DNA from: a virus
DNA length: 64,000 nucleotides
Virus record (IMG/VR): IMGVR_UViG_3300032893_000013
Span: 32,001 to 96,000 of that record
Strand: one strand, 5' to 3'
The number at the start of each line of letters is the position of its first letter. The stretch's first letter is position 1. This document shows, in pieces, positions 46,969-56,437 of the stretch. Both the position numbers and the translations under genes were made by a program. The notes under the pieces are model-generated. The model made no database searches. It worked only from the letters and a program-made list of their open reading frames with translations, and was not told the DNA's origin.

Positions 46969-47964
46969 ATGGAAGAAAAAATAGCGGCGTTTCTGCGAAA
47001 CCACAAGATAAATCCCAAGGCTCAAAACGCCCGTAGTTACATCTTTGACTGCCCAGCCTGTGGCGGCGACAAAAAGCTCTACATTTCCAAGAAAGACGGC
47101 TTGTCAGTCTGCTTCAAGGGGAAGACCGACAAATGTCCGCGTCCCGGCAGTTCTGCCCAATACGCTCTTTCACTCATAAGCGGATTGCCGTTTGATGTAG
47201 TGAAACGTGAGATAGTCGATTTCGTTGAAAATCTTGCAGAACAGATTCGTGTAAAATTTGACAATGACGAAGTGAAGCAGGAAGAGGTGAAACTGCCCAC
47301 TGTCATGTTGCCAATAGACATAGCTTTCATGGGCGAGCACGCGGCTGAAGAGGGGCAAAAATATCTCGAAGGTCGGGGATTGCCACTTGAAGTTCAGCAG
47401 AAGTACGGCGTTCTATATTCACCCTCCATGCGTCGCGTTATTTTCCCCGTCATCATGGACAAAAAACTCTACGGTTGGCAAGGTCGGGCAATCGACAATG
47501 TGCGCCATGAAGATCGCATGTACAATATTCCCGGTCCATGGAAAGCGCGCACTCTGATGTTCTATGAAAACATCGTCGGAAAAGATTTCGTGATCGTCGC
47601 TGAAGGTCCAGTTTCAGCAATGAAGTTTTACAAAGTCGGCAATTTCGTAGCAACTATGGGTAAAGAAATCAGCACCAGACAACTCGAACTCATGCGCAAC
47701 GCTGGAGTGAAAAAAATCTATCTCGCAATAGATCCCGACGCCGTTGACAAGCTCAATAAGATCCGATACATTTTGGATAACGAACTTCTCGGTCGCATCG
47801 AGTGTTTTCACATCCCGGTTCCTGAAAATCGCGGTGACTTCGGAGATTGTACGTTTGAAGAATGCGAAGTCGCTTTTCAAAGAGCTTCTAAACTAGACGG
47901 AGATCAAATCTTCTCTCACATCGAATTCAAAATGAGCAAGTATGGCAGCAAAAAGAAAATATAA
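46969..47964 (+). CDS. dnaG: DNA primase (Zn-ribbon + TOPRIM)
   Basis: CPAC, YLEGRG, RVIFP, GWQGR, AEG, IDPD, DFGD. Confidence 0.9.
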   Translation: MEEKIAAFLRNHKINPKAQNARSYIFDCPACGGDKKLYISKKDGLSVCFKGKTDKCPRPGSSAQYALSLISGLPFDVVKREIVDFVENLAEQIRVKFDNDEVKQEEVKLPTVMLPIDIAFMGEHAAEEGQKYLEGRGLPLEVQQKYGVLYSPSMRRVIFPVIMDKKLYGWQGRAIDNVRHEDRMYNIPGPWKARTLMFYENIVGKDFVIVAEGPVSAMKFYKVGNFVATMGKEISTRQLELMRNAGVKKIYLAIDPDAVDKLNKIRYILDNELLGRIECFHIPVPENRGDFGDCTFEECEVAFQRASKLDGDQIFSHIEFKMSKYGSKKKI

Positions 47965-48631
47965 AAGCGATCCTGTAGGCGTGCAACTGATGCACCTTTC
48001 ATTCCCCGAAGCTGAAAATCAAACGGCAGTCAAGAAGATTCAGGAGAACAGATCGGCAATCAAAACATCGGCCAAAAATCTCTTCTACAAGTACAAGGTG
48101 ACGTTCGATAAAGTGGGAATCAGAATTGAGGACGTTGAATCGTTCCTTTCGTCAAATGCGTATGTGGCCTTCTCGAAGCCAAAACCTCTCGAAGCCGACT
48201 TCTTGCCTGCCTTCCTAAAACAGCGTGGGCTGAAACTGGCCAATAGCTTCAAGAAAATTGCGGCGACTATTGTCGAAGACGTGATCCCGCAGGAAGATGT
48301 GTACATAGACGATCTGATCGTTGACAATGCCAATCCGGAAGAGATTCTGATGGCCAAAGAAGAAGCCGCCTTCCGCTCTCGTGAAATTCAAGGCAAGCTG
48401 ATAATTCGCAGTCGAGAATACGTTCAAAACTTCATAGACAAAAACAGCGTGGCGCTTGTGGCCGCTCGAATTTCATCTGAAACTGTGTTTGAAATAGTCA
48501 ACGGTGCTGCTGTTGAATTTGCAAGTTCTTTGTACAGACAGAATGGAGCGATTAGGTTCTCGGACTTCGGTCGATTCAAAAAGATTCTGTCAGTAAGAAT
48601 GAGCCGCTTCGTAAAGGAACTTTCGGCGTAA
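47942..48631 (+). CDS. Hypothetical protein (weak sigma-like features)
   Basis: Between primase and helicase; NPEEILMAKEE. Confidence 0.7.
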   Translation: MAAKRKYKSDPVGVQLMHLSFPEAENQTAVKKIQENRSAIKTSAKNLFYKYKVTFDKVGIRIEDVESFLSSNAYVAFSKPKPLEADFLPAFLKQRGLKLANSFKKIAATIVEDVIPQEDVYIDDLIVDNANPEEILMAKEEAAFRSREIQGKLIIRSREYVQNFIDKNSVALVAARISSETVFEIVNGAAVEFASSLYRQNGAIRFSDFGRFKKILSVRMSRFVKELSA

Positions 48632-50173
48632 ATGTCAGACGATAAGGTACTTACATTCAGCGAACAGTTCCAAGAGGCAATTGTTGGACACTGTTTTGAG
48701 AACCCCAATTTCTTTGCGAAATGTTGCGCGAAATTGGAACCGCAGTGGTTTACCAAGAATATGATGATTGGAACTCTCTTCAGTCAACTGCGTCAGGCGT
48801 ATAAGAGCGAAGGCGTAGCTCCAAAGTCTACTGAGGAATTCAAGAACTTCGAGTTTTTCCTTGAGCAAAAACCAGATGAGCGCCAGAAATATTACAACTT
48901 GATCGACAGATGCGTGCTTTCTGCAAAGAATTTCAGTCTCGAAAAGATAGCCCGCCAATTGACCGGCTTCCTGCGCGTGTCTATGTTCAAAGAATCCATT
49001 GAGGGCGCATCCCGTCGCTACAACGCTTCTGGCTTTGATGAATCTTATGATTGGACTCAGAAGAAGCTGGCGGAAATAAAAGACGCGACCTTCGAGGAAA
49101 ATAAGTCAGTCCTATCGTTCGATCATCCTGAAAGTTGGATTCGCAAGCAAGAAGAGCGACGCGAAAGATCCATTTCAACCGGCAGTAGACTGCTCGATTC
49201 TGCTTTGGGCGGCGGCCTTTTCAAGAAGGAAACGACCGCGATCATGGCGCCGTCAAACGTCGGCAAAACGACCGCGTTCATCACAATAGCCCGCCACGCC
49301 ATCAAGACGGGCAACAACGTGCTCTTCATGATCCACGAGGGCGATCCTGAAGAAATTCGTCTTCGCATCCTGTGCGCGTTCATGGGAATCTCCACTAAGA
49401 CTATGTTCGAGTGGATGAAGGACAGAACCAAACGAATGGTTGTCCATGCGATGGCTAAGTATGTCAATGAAAAACTTACGTTCGTTCCATACATCAAAAC
49501 TGGTGGAATGTACGTTGAGGACGTGATTGATCTAGTGAAAAGATTGCACGAGGAAAAGAAGGCCGAAACTGGTCGCGGCTTCGATCTCATCATCAACGAT
49601 TACCCCAAAAAGTTGCGATCCCGATACCGTGGAGCCTCGAAAGAGGGCTTATACCGCGTGGAAGCCGCTGAGATTTATGACAATTTCAACCATTTGGCAG
49701 TTGAACTTGACGTTGCTTGCCTTGTGGCAATCCAGACAAATAGGACTGGCCTCAAGCAAAACAACAACCGAATCGAAGCCGATCACCTGTTGGGAATGGA
49801 AGAAATCGACGAAGCATACGGAATTGCGCAAAATATGCCGAACATCATCACTCTCAACAGAAGCCCAAGCGACCGTCAGAAAAACATTCTTCGCATCAAC
49901 GTCGCCAAGTCAAGAAACAGCATGACTGATATTGCAATCAATACACGAACCTGTTACAATTGCTACGTCGTGTTCGGTGATCGTGAATTATTCGACACGG
50001 CAGGATTGTGGACCAATGAAATTAGTGGCGGATTCCTGGCGTCTTTCCATCAAGAAGACAATAGGAAATTCCCGACTGAGGCGATTGATGAGGGCCTCAT
50101 GAAACACGAAAACTTTTCCGATCCTGATTCCCAAGTGGGCGTAGTCGTTCCTGGAAGTAAGATCGAAGCATAG
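48632..50173 (+). CDS. dnaB: Replicative helicase (DnaB/gp41-like)
   Basis: ISTG..LLDSALGGG, APSNVGKT, IINDY, AIQTNR, VAKSRN. Confidence 0.92.
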   Translation: MSDDKVLTFSEQFQEAIVGHCFENPNFFAKCCAKLEPQWFTKNMMIGTLFSQLRQAYKSEGVAPKSTEEFKNFEFFLEQKPDERQKYYNLIDRCVLSAKNFSLEKIARQLTGFLRVSMFKESIEGASRRYNASGFDESYDWTQKKLAEIKDATFEENKSVLSFDHPESWIRKQEERRERSISTGSRLLDSALGGGLFKKETTAIMAPSNVGKTTAFITIARHAIKTGNNVLFMIHEGDPEEIRLRILCAFMGISTKTMFEWMKDRTKRMVVHAMAKYVNEKLTFVPYIKTGGMYVEDVIDLVKRLHEEKKAETGRGFDLIINDYPKKLRSRYRGASKEGLYRVEAAEIYDNFNHLAVELDVACLVAIQTNRTGLKQNNNRIEADHLLGMEEIDEAYGIAQNMPNIITLNRSPSDRQKNILRINVAKSRNSMTDIAINTRTCYNCYVVFGDRELFDTAGLWTNEISGGFLASFHQEDNRKFPTEAIDEGLMKHENFSDPDSQVGVVVPGSKIEA

Positions 50174-50181
50174 GAGAAAGT

Positions 50182-50625
50182 ATGAATAAGTATCTAGCAA
50201 TGTTATTGGGCGCCATCTTGCTGGCAGGATTGGGTTACGCCTTCGGTCGATACGCTCAGCCCGCCAAAGTGGTTATCAAGACCGAGATTCAAACGGTTGA
50301 AGTCGAAAAAAAGCGCAACAATATTGTGACCGTCACTCACGAAGTTGAGCAAAAAGACGGAACGAAAATTATCGACACAAGAACCGAAGACAAGAGCATT
50401 GAGATGAACACCATTGACCAAACCGTAAAACAGACGGAAACGATCACCAATGCAAAGCCGAACTGGAAGGTTCAAGGTCTGGCTGGAGCAAATTATCTTC
50501 ACTTGACAAGCGATCCGCTGGTCTATACTGTCGATGTTGAGCATCGTTTCATTGGGCCTATTTTTCTGGGCGCCTATGGAAGATCCGACAAAGAGATTGG
50601 TCTGTCTATCAGCGTAGAGTTTTGA
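50182..50625 (+). CDS. N-anchored membrane protein with C-terminal amphipathic beta-strands (spanin-like candidate)
   Basis: N-terminal TM; ends GLSISVEF. Confidence 0.6.
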   Translation: MNKYLAMLLGAILLAGLGYAFGRYAQPAKVVIKTEIQTVEVEKKRNNIVTVTHEVEQKDGTKIIDTRTEDKSIEMNTIDQTVKQTETITNAKPNWKVQGLAGANYLHLTSDPLVYTVDVEHRFIGPIFLGAYGRSDKEIGLSISVEF

Positions 50626-50626
50626 G

Positions 50627-50839
50627 ATGGCAAAGAAGCCGTATGATGAATTTGTCCCTGAAATCCGTGAATTAGCGGACTCAATCAAGACGCAGAATCT
50701 TGTTCACATCCGCGATATTGCGCATAAAGAATGGTTGGCCGACTGTTCAAAGGACACCGACATGACGGCGCGTGCGTGGGTTAACGCAACTTTGATTGTT
50801 CTGGCAGCGAGCGGATATGAAATCAAAAAGAAGTCCTGA
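50627..50839 (+). CDS. Hypothetical protein
   Basis: In operon. Confidence 0.65.
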   Translation: MAKKPYDEFVPEIRELADSIKTQNLVHIRDIAHKEWLADCSKDTDMTARAWVNATLIVLAASGYEIKKKS

Positions 50840-51078
50840 TGTTTCTCGCAACTGTAATTTTTTCTACAAAAATTGGCCCCTCTCGGGAGTCCTGTGTCGC
50901 CTCGAATACGCTTGAAGGCGTGCATGACAAAATAGAACGTCTCAAAAAGGTACTGCTGGCCAATCGGCTACTCTTCATTGGCAGTATTGTTGAGGAAGTC
51001 CAAGGCGTTACGCCGGAAACGGACACTCTCCTGTCGCCACTTGATTTTACGACTCAAAATGGTAAAATGTTTCATTGA
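50839..51078 (+). CDS. Hypothetical protein
   Basis: TGATG coupling. Confidence 0.6.
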   Translation: MFLATVIFSTKIGPSRESCVASNTLEGVHDKIERLKKVLLANRLLFIGSIVEEVQGVTPETDTLLSPLDFTTQNGKMFH

Positions 51079-51083
51079 AAGCC

Positions 51084-51236
51084 ATGAAACGCAAGAAACG
51101 AAAGGCCCTTGCGCGAAAAATTCAGAAGATGTCCGGTTTCAGTGACAAGACATACGAGAAATTTTCCAAGGGTAAATACATAGAGCAGGAAGCTCCTCAA
51201 AAGGATACCGAGAAGTCGCATGAAAAAAGTGATTGA
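51084..51236 (+). CDS. Small basic protein (50 aa, absent from the ORF track)
   Basis: MKRKKRKALARKIQKMSGF...; fills the gap before clpP. Confidence 0.5.
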   Translation: MKRKKRKALARKIQKMSGFSDKTYEKFSKGKYIEQEAPQKDTEKSHEKSD

Positions 51237-51846
51237 CAATATCGACAAGTTTCACGATTACGGTATCTACATACCTGAGCGCACCATATACATCGGCTCT
51301 GTTGACGTAAGCGCCGAGCACGGGGAATCCGGAACCGATGCTGCCCTAGCCGAAGCCGCCATAAAAAATCTTTTCATCCTCGAAGCGATGGGCAACGATC
51401 CAATCAAAATCATACAAAACAACGTGGGCGGCGATGAGCACCACGGAATGGCAGTTTATGACGCGATACGCAACTGCAAAAGCGAAGTCACGATCATAGG
51501 AATGGGCAACATACATTCCATGGGAAGCGTCATATTCCAGTCTGGAGATGTGCGCATCATAGCGCCAAACGCAAAGCAACTTATTCACTACGGCACTCCG
51601 CTTCATGCAGATCCGGACATGCACGCCAAGTCACAATGGTCTTGGACCGAAGAGTGCAAACGGTTCTCGCGCTGGATGGAAGAAATGTACCTCGAAAAGA
51701 TCCGCGAGAAGCATCCTGACTTCAAGCTGAGAAAGTTGCAAGAGATGCTGAACTTTGATAAGGTCTTAGATGCAAGAGAATCGGTCAATATGGGTTTGGC
51801 CGACAAAATTTTAGGAGAAGACGATGACGGAACAAAATCAGAATGA
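51220..51846 (+). CDS. clpP: ClpP-family protease
   Basis: ERTIYI, GG...GMAVYDAI, SMGSVI (catalytic Ser), PNAKQLIH, GLADKIL. Confidence 0.88.
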   Translation: MKKVIDNIDKFHDYGIYIPERTIYIGSVDVSAEHGESGTDAALAEAAIKNLFILEAMGNDPIKIIQNNVGGDEHHGMAVYDAIRNCKSEVTIIGMGNIHSMGSVIFQSGDVRIIAPNAKQLIHYGTPLHADPDMHAKSQWSWTEECKRFSRWMEEMYLEKIREKHPDFKLRKLQEMLNFDKVLDARESVNMGLADKILGEDDDGTKSE

Positions 51847-52420
51847 GGATGTAACGACCAGCCAGGACACGAGCAATGTTGAAGAGAAGAAAGACGAAAC
51901 TCCTAAAGAGCCGACTCCGCAGGAAAAAGTCAAGGCCCTCCTCGAACAGCGCAAAGAGGAAGGTTTGTCGCTCTCTGAAGAACTTCAACTGAGCCGACTC
52001 CAAAAGAAGCTCAAAAAAGCAAAGCGCAATCAAAATGCTCAGCGCGAAATGTTTGAGAAACTGTTTCTCGGCGCCCAAAAGAAACGTGTCGCCAAGATGA
52101 TGAAGCAAGTTCGCGTCGCCCGCGAATTGATTGGCCGCGAAGACTACAAAATGTTGCGCGACATCTTCACGGTCAAGACCGAAGAGAAAAAGGACGAAAA
52201 AGGAAACGTGCTCTCACCAGCACGGACGGACGTGAACTATTACGGACTCCTATTGGAATCCAAAAACGTCATTGCAATGCAGCGTGAACAGAGAATCAAA
52301 GCCGGAAAACGCAAACGTTCCACCGGACGTAGCTCTGATCGTCGCGCTCACAAAAGCCTCCTGAATTTCTTGCTCAATCGGAACGCCGAAGAAGCCAAGA
52401 AAACCAATCCGGAAGCGTAA
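51824..52420 (+). CDS. Hypothetical basic protein
   Basis: AGGAG RBS. Confidence 0.78.
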   Translation: MTEQNQNEDVTTSQDTSNVEEKKDETPKEPTPQEKVKALLEQRKEEGLSLSEELQLSRLQKKLKKAKRNQNAQREMFEKLFLGAQKKRVAKMMKQVRVARELIGREDYKMLRDIFTVKTEEKKDEKGNVLSPARTDVNYYGLLLESKNVIAMQREQRIKAGKRKRSTGRSSDRRAHKSLLNFLLNRNAEEAKKTNPEA

Positions 52421-52644
52421 TGGCCGGATTAGGATTCTTTTTATCCATAGTATTTCTATTTTTAGCCCTGATCTCTCACGATCCGGGCTTTATTGTCATG
52501 TCGATAATTTTCATGACGCTGGAAATTCTGAGAGCTTTGACAGACAAAGCGAACGAAGTGAAGAAATGCCCGCCTCACGTCTGGCAAGTGACAGATTCCG
52601 GCAAACTGGTCTGTAAACTGTGCGGACAACGACCAAGCCAATGA
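52420..52644 (+). CDS. Small membrane protein with C-terminal Zn finger
   Basis: 2 TMs; CPPHVW...CKLC. Confidence 0.7.
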   Translation: MAGLGFFLSIVFLFLALISHDPGFIVMSIIFMTLEILRALTDKANEVKKCPPHVWQVTDSGKLVCKLCGQRPSQ

Positions 52645-52651
52645 GGCCGCG

Positions 52652-52966
52652 ATGCACGATGATTTCTTCAGATCAATACTCGAAGATCGGATAAACAGTA
52701 TCCGAAAGACGTTCAGCATTGATGAAGACTATCAGATGCGCGGGCAACGTTTCAAGAGCACCGGCTACGCAACGGAAGCCGTCGAAGGCTCCATAATCAT
52801 GAGAAAAAATCGCAACATAAAAGGATCAATCATTCAAGAAGCGATGGGGCTTGACTTCGATCCCAACCAGATTCTCGATGGCAAGTTTGATCCCTTGATT
52901 CGTACCATTCTGAAACACCTTGCATCTATGGATTTTGAGGCCGAAAACAGGCTTGACCGGAATTAA
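52652..52966 (+). CDS. Hypothetical protein
   Basis: GAGG RBS. Confidence 0.7.
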   Translation: MHDDFFRSILEDRINSIRKTFSIDEDYQMRGQRFKSTGYATEAVEGSIIMRKNRNIKGSIIQEAMGLDFDPNQILDGKFDPLIRTILKHLASMDFEAENRLDRN

Positions 52967-52981
52967 TTACACTGTTATCAT
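52953..52981 (+). promoter_or_regulatory. sigma70 promoter (probably leaderless transcript)
   Basis: TTGACC-N17-TATCAT, 6 nt before ATG 52988. Confidence 0.6.
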
Positions 52982-52987
52982 AATGAC

Positions 52988-53968
52988 ATGACGCGAAAAA
53001 AAGTAGCTCAGTCACTATCGAAAGCCCTTCTCAAAATAAATTACATCCTGGCGGCCATTGTCTTCTTCCTACTTCTCGCCATCCACTTCAGGGCGCACGC
53101 GGACGTTACCGTAATGGTGATCGACTCCGGCATCGGCCCCAACAAATACCTAAACAGCTACGTTCAGTACGATGACAGCGAAGACTATCATGATGACTCA
53201 CGTTCTGGCCACGGCACTCACGTCGCTGGAATCGTCGCTTTTGGCAACAAACATCCTGGACATCTCACACTCCCCGCTCTTTTTGGTTACGATCCCCTTT
53301 GTCACAAAGTCAAAATCTACTCGTGCAAATATTACGATGATGATATGAGCGGGTATTGGGCAATTCTCTGGGGAAAATCCATTCCGGCTCCCATCCTTCA
53401 CGAGAAGAAGGAGCTTGGGTGCATACAACGCGCAATCGACATGAAAATCAACATCATCAACTTTTCTGGCGGCGGGCTGAATCCCATCAGGGACGAATAC
53501 AACGCTCTGAAAAAGTTTACAGATCAAGGTGGATGGGTAATCGCCTCTGCCGGAAACGAAAACAGTGATTTGCGAGTCAAGCCGTTCTTCCCCGCATCGT
53601 ACCACTGGGGATACACAGTCACCAAGCCTTTCAAGAGCGAAACGAAGCGTGGCCATCACACGTTGACGATTACTGGCGAAACGATTGTCGAAAAGTACGA
53701 GCCAATATATCGTATCGTTCCAGTCGCCGCCACGGACAAAAACGGAAAATTTTACCAGATCATGGGGCATGGCTCAAATTGGCGTCCTGACATCAAGCGG
53801 GAAATGGGCGTTGACATTTGGTCAACTTTGCCCAATAATTACTTTGGAATGATGACTGGAACAAGTCAGGCGACAGCGGCGTTCACCCACCGGCTGTTGC
53901 AACACATATGTACAAAAATGGAGGAATCCCATGGTGCTACCGATAATCTTAACAGTAATGGTCATTAG
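52988..53968 (+). CDS. Exported subtilisin-family (S8) serine protease
   Basis: Signal peptide ending AHA; VIDSG, HGTHVAG, SAGN, GTSQAT. Confidence 0.92.
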   Translation: MTRKKVAQSLSKALLKINYILAAIVFFLLLAIHFRAHADVTVMVIDSGIGPNKYLNSYVQYDDSEDYHDDSRSGHGTHVAGIVAFGNKHPGHLTLPALFGYDPLCHKVKIYSCKYYDDDMSGYWAILWGKSIPAPILHEKKELGCIQRAIDMKINIINFSGGGLNPIRDEYNALKKFTDQGGWVIASAGNENSDLRVKPFFPASYHWGYTVTKPFKSETKRGHHTLTITGETIVEKYEPIYRIVPVAATDKNGKFYQIMGHGSNWRPDIKREMGVDIWSTLPNNYFGMMTGTSQATAAFTHRLLQHICTKMEESHGATDNLNSNGH

Positions 53969-54356
53969 CTTAGCTGCTGCGGCTTTTGCAGGATACTTGG
54001 CCTACGACGCGGGCAAAAAAGAAATGCTCTCTCGCGTCGGACAATTGAACAGTCACTTGCTGGCCCTTCAAGGTCGGTTGGCTGATGCAGAAAAGGCCAT
54101 GAAAACTCACAAAGAAGAAATGGCGAAAGTCTCTCTCATGGTCGGGCAGGATCTCAAGAATTTTGAAGATCGACTAGGTTCCGTTGAAAGTGATTTGTCC
54201 GACAAAGCGGACATTCAGGCCATCGACAACATGAATAACGAATTTTTCTCTCTCAAGAGCGCGACTGAAGCTCTTGGACAGAAATTCGGCAAAAAGCGCC
54301 GACCGATGAAGTCAATTGCCAAAGACATCAAAAAGAACCGTAACAGGAGGGCCTAA
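53931..54356 (+). CDS. Membrane-anchored coiled-coil protein
   Basis: N-terminal TM; GGAGG RBS. Confidence 0.72.
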   Translation: MVLPIILTVMVISLAAAAFAGYLAYDAGKKEMLSRVGQLNSHLLALQGRLADAEKAMKTHKEEMAKVSLMVGQDLKNFEDRLGSVESDLSDKADIQAIDNMNNEFFSLKSATEALGQKFGKKRRPMKSIAKDIKKNRNRRA

Positions 54357-54757
54357 TGCTCAACATTCAAAGCATGACCGAAGCCGAAATGGAAGCGACC
54401 GCAAAAACTATCCGCGAAAAAGCGGTTAGGGTGATCCAACTCAAGGCCATACTTGATGCCAATAAGCCACTTTACGAAGAGCTTGATCGTCTGACTCTTG
54501 AATTGAATGAAACCATGGGCGTCGGCACTATCCCGGTGACCTTGAATGAAAAAGAAACGATGTACATGCACAATGATGAAGTGAAATTTCTTTCGCCTAA
54601 TCAAATGCTCACCATCGTTGACAACTTCGCAGAAAAGAACACCGTGTTCCGCCCTGCCGGAGTAAAACGCTTTGAGGCTTCAGTTGAAACTGCCGAAGCA
54701 CGCCAGCTTCGTCAAGACAAGGAAGCGAAGAAAAAAGCGAAAGATGCTCAGAAGTGA
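54356..54757 (+). CDS. Hypothetical protein
   Basis: AGGAGG RBS; TAATG coupling. Confidence 0.8.
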   Translation: MLNIQSMTEAEMEATAKTIREKAVRVIQLKAILDANKPLYEELDRLTLELNETMGVGTIPVTLNEKETMYMHNDEVKFLSPNQMLTIVDNFAEKNTVFRPAGVKRFEASVETAEARQLRQDKEAKKKAKDAQK

Positions 54758-55106
54758 AGTAGAGCACTTTATTGAACTTTGGGAGTCCGGCGATTGCAAG
54801 GTCTTTAGATACATCCGACCGCTCGTGCCAAACGAGTATGTGGTGATCCGAAAGGCCAGTCAAGGCAACTGCGTCTACCTGTATGAGCCTGATGACCAGA
54901 AAAGCACCTACTGTCTTCCGCCAATGGAAGAGGATAAAATGGTGAAGGCAATGGCCAACGAAGAGTTGGTGTACGTCAAACCGTGGAACTGGCAAGTCAG
55001 TACGCGGGATATGAAAACTGGCGGATGCGTTTGCGGAGCTTGGGCAGTCAGAGAAAGTGAGCGGATACATACGAGAGGCTGTCCGCTTGGAAGAGGGATG
55101 TTATAA
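54744..55106 (+). CDS. Hypothetical protein with C-terminal CxC...H...C
   Basis: CVCGAW...HTRGC. Confidence 0.65.
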   Translation: MLRSEVEHFIELWESGDCKVFRYIRPLVPNEYVVIRKASQGNCVYLYEPDDQKSTYCLPPMEEDKMVKAMANEELVYVKPWNWQVSTRDMKTGGCVCGAWAVRESERIHTRGCPLGRGML

Positions 55107-55468
55107 TGGTCATACTTGTCGGCGATAAGCCAAGTCCGAAGATGAAAGAGGGCGCCAAACCATTTGAAGGCGCCGCTTGCGAAAAACGCTTGAGAGCTTG
55201 GATTCAGGCTCTTGGTATCAAAGATCACATTCTTGTCAACAGTTACAGCGGCCACGACTGGGATTATGCCCTGGAAATCCTGGACGCATACGATCACGCA
55301 CCAATCATTGCCCTTGGGAAAAATGCGTCGAAGAGGCTTGACTCTGAATGCTTGGATCATTTCAAAATGCCACATCCGTCCGGACGAAACCGGCTCCTGA
55401 ACGACAAATCGTTCATTGCTGGCAAGTTAATTGAGTGCAAAAAGTGGCTTGACGAGTACGCGAAATAG
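55106..55468 (+). CDS. Minimal uracil-DNA glycosylase-superfamily protein
   Basis: LVGDKPS, PFEG, IIALGKNA, MPHPSGRN. Confidence 0.8.
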   Translation: MVILVGDKPSPKMKEGAKPFEGAACEKRLRAWIQALGIKDHILVNSYSGHDWDYALEILDAYDHAPIIALGKNASKRLDSECLDHFKMPHPSGRNRLLNDKSFIAGKLIECKKWLDEYAK

Positions 55469-55486
55469 CGATACTGTGGAGGAGTT

Positions 55487-55735
55487 ATGAAATATCTCTT
55501 GACAATGCTCATGTTGGCATCCCCGGTTGTAGGCGCACAGACGGTGACTTACAATCCCGACGATTATTACATCGACTATCTGACGCCGACAGAAAAGGAC
55601 AAATCCCTTCTGGTGTTCGAGAACACCAACACGGGATACACCGTCAAAATTCTCGTCCTGACAAAGACGTTGCAAGATCCCGAAGCACTTCGGGCAATCA
55701 AAATGAAAGTTGCCACTGAAAATGCTCGTCATTGA
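55487..55735 (+). CDS. Small exported protein
   Basis: Signal peptide MKYLLTMLMLASPVVGA; GGAGG RBS. Confidence 0.72.
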   Translation: MKYLLTMLMLASPVVGAQTVTYNPDDYYIDYLTPTEKDKSLLVFENTNTGYTVKILVLTKTLQDPEALRAIKMKVATENARH

Positions 55736-56099
55736 GAAAGACGTTACATTCCCATTCGACGTAGATCATACTCTGATCTTTTGGGTTCCACGCGGCAAAG
55801 AGCCGCCAGAAGGTGCTCTTGAGGCCGACTATTACGGCGAGCGCGTGTTCTTTGTTCCGCATTGGGCGCACATTCAACTTCTGAAGGCGTCGATTGGAAG
55901 AAAGCGCGGAACCGTCGTTTGGTCAGGCAACGGCTACCAATGGGCAAAAAATGTACTGGCCGCTCTCGGATTCAAAGAAGAAGATGACATCATAGTCATG
56001 GCAAAGCCAGCCGGATACGTTGATGATTTGCCGTGCAACGAGTGGATGGGCCAGAGAATTTACTTGCCGTCCAAAGACAAACTTCCTTGGGAGGACTAA
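55722..56099 (+). CDS. HAD-superfamily phosphatase (capless)
   Basis: FDVDHTL, VWSGNG, KP..YVDD. Confidence 0.8.
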   Translation: MLVIEKDVTFPFDVDHTLIFWVPRGKEPPEGALEADYYGERVFFVPHWAHIQLLKASIGRKRGTVVWSGNGYQWAKNVLAALGFKEEDDIIVMAKPAGYVDDLPCNEWMGQRIYLPSKDKLPWED

Positions 56100-56437
56100 T
56101 GAAAGTTTTACTCATTGACGATGAAAGAGAAGCCCCGCACATCAAGTCTATGTACGGCGTTGACGTTACGAAGATTGCCCGAAGCTACAGCGAAGGAATC
56201 GAAGATTTGAAACAGGGCGGATGGGACGTTCTCCTGCTCGACCACGATCTAAATTCGTACCCAGACGGAGTTGAGAAGACTGGAACTGACATCATGAAAT
56301 TTCTTCAAGAAAACCCGCAGCTTTTGCCCCAATCCATCATTTTTGTTACCATGAATCCAGGAGGACGCCGTAGAATGGAAGGCATCCTCAGTGACATCAA
56401 AAAGCAGCTTTCTGCAAAAAAGGACGATCAAACATGA
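56099..56437 (+). CDS. Stand-alone receiver-like domain (cyclic-phosphate-processing type)
   Basis: KVLLIDDER, LLLDHDL, TGTDI, TMNPGGRRRM. Confidence 0.75.
   Translation: MKVLLIDDEREAPHIKSMYGVDVTKIARSYSEGIEDLKQGGWDVLLLDHDLNSYPDGVEKTGTDIMKFLQENPQLLPQSIIFVTMNPGGRRRMEGILSDIKKQLSAKKDDQT

Noticed and set aside
21480-50173. Inteins or introns in TerL, DnaE, RecA or DnaB
   Set aside because: Lengths are ordinary, ORFs are uninterrupted, and no intein termini or homing-endonuclease motifs are visible
51220-51846. ClpP as the head maturation protease
   Set aside because: A dedicated prohead protease sits at 14960-15970 and clpP is far from the head genes
56099-56437. Two-component response regulator
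   Set aside because: No output domain, no kinase in the window, and the DHDL variant motif
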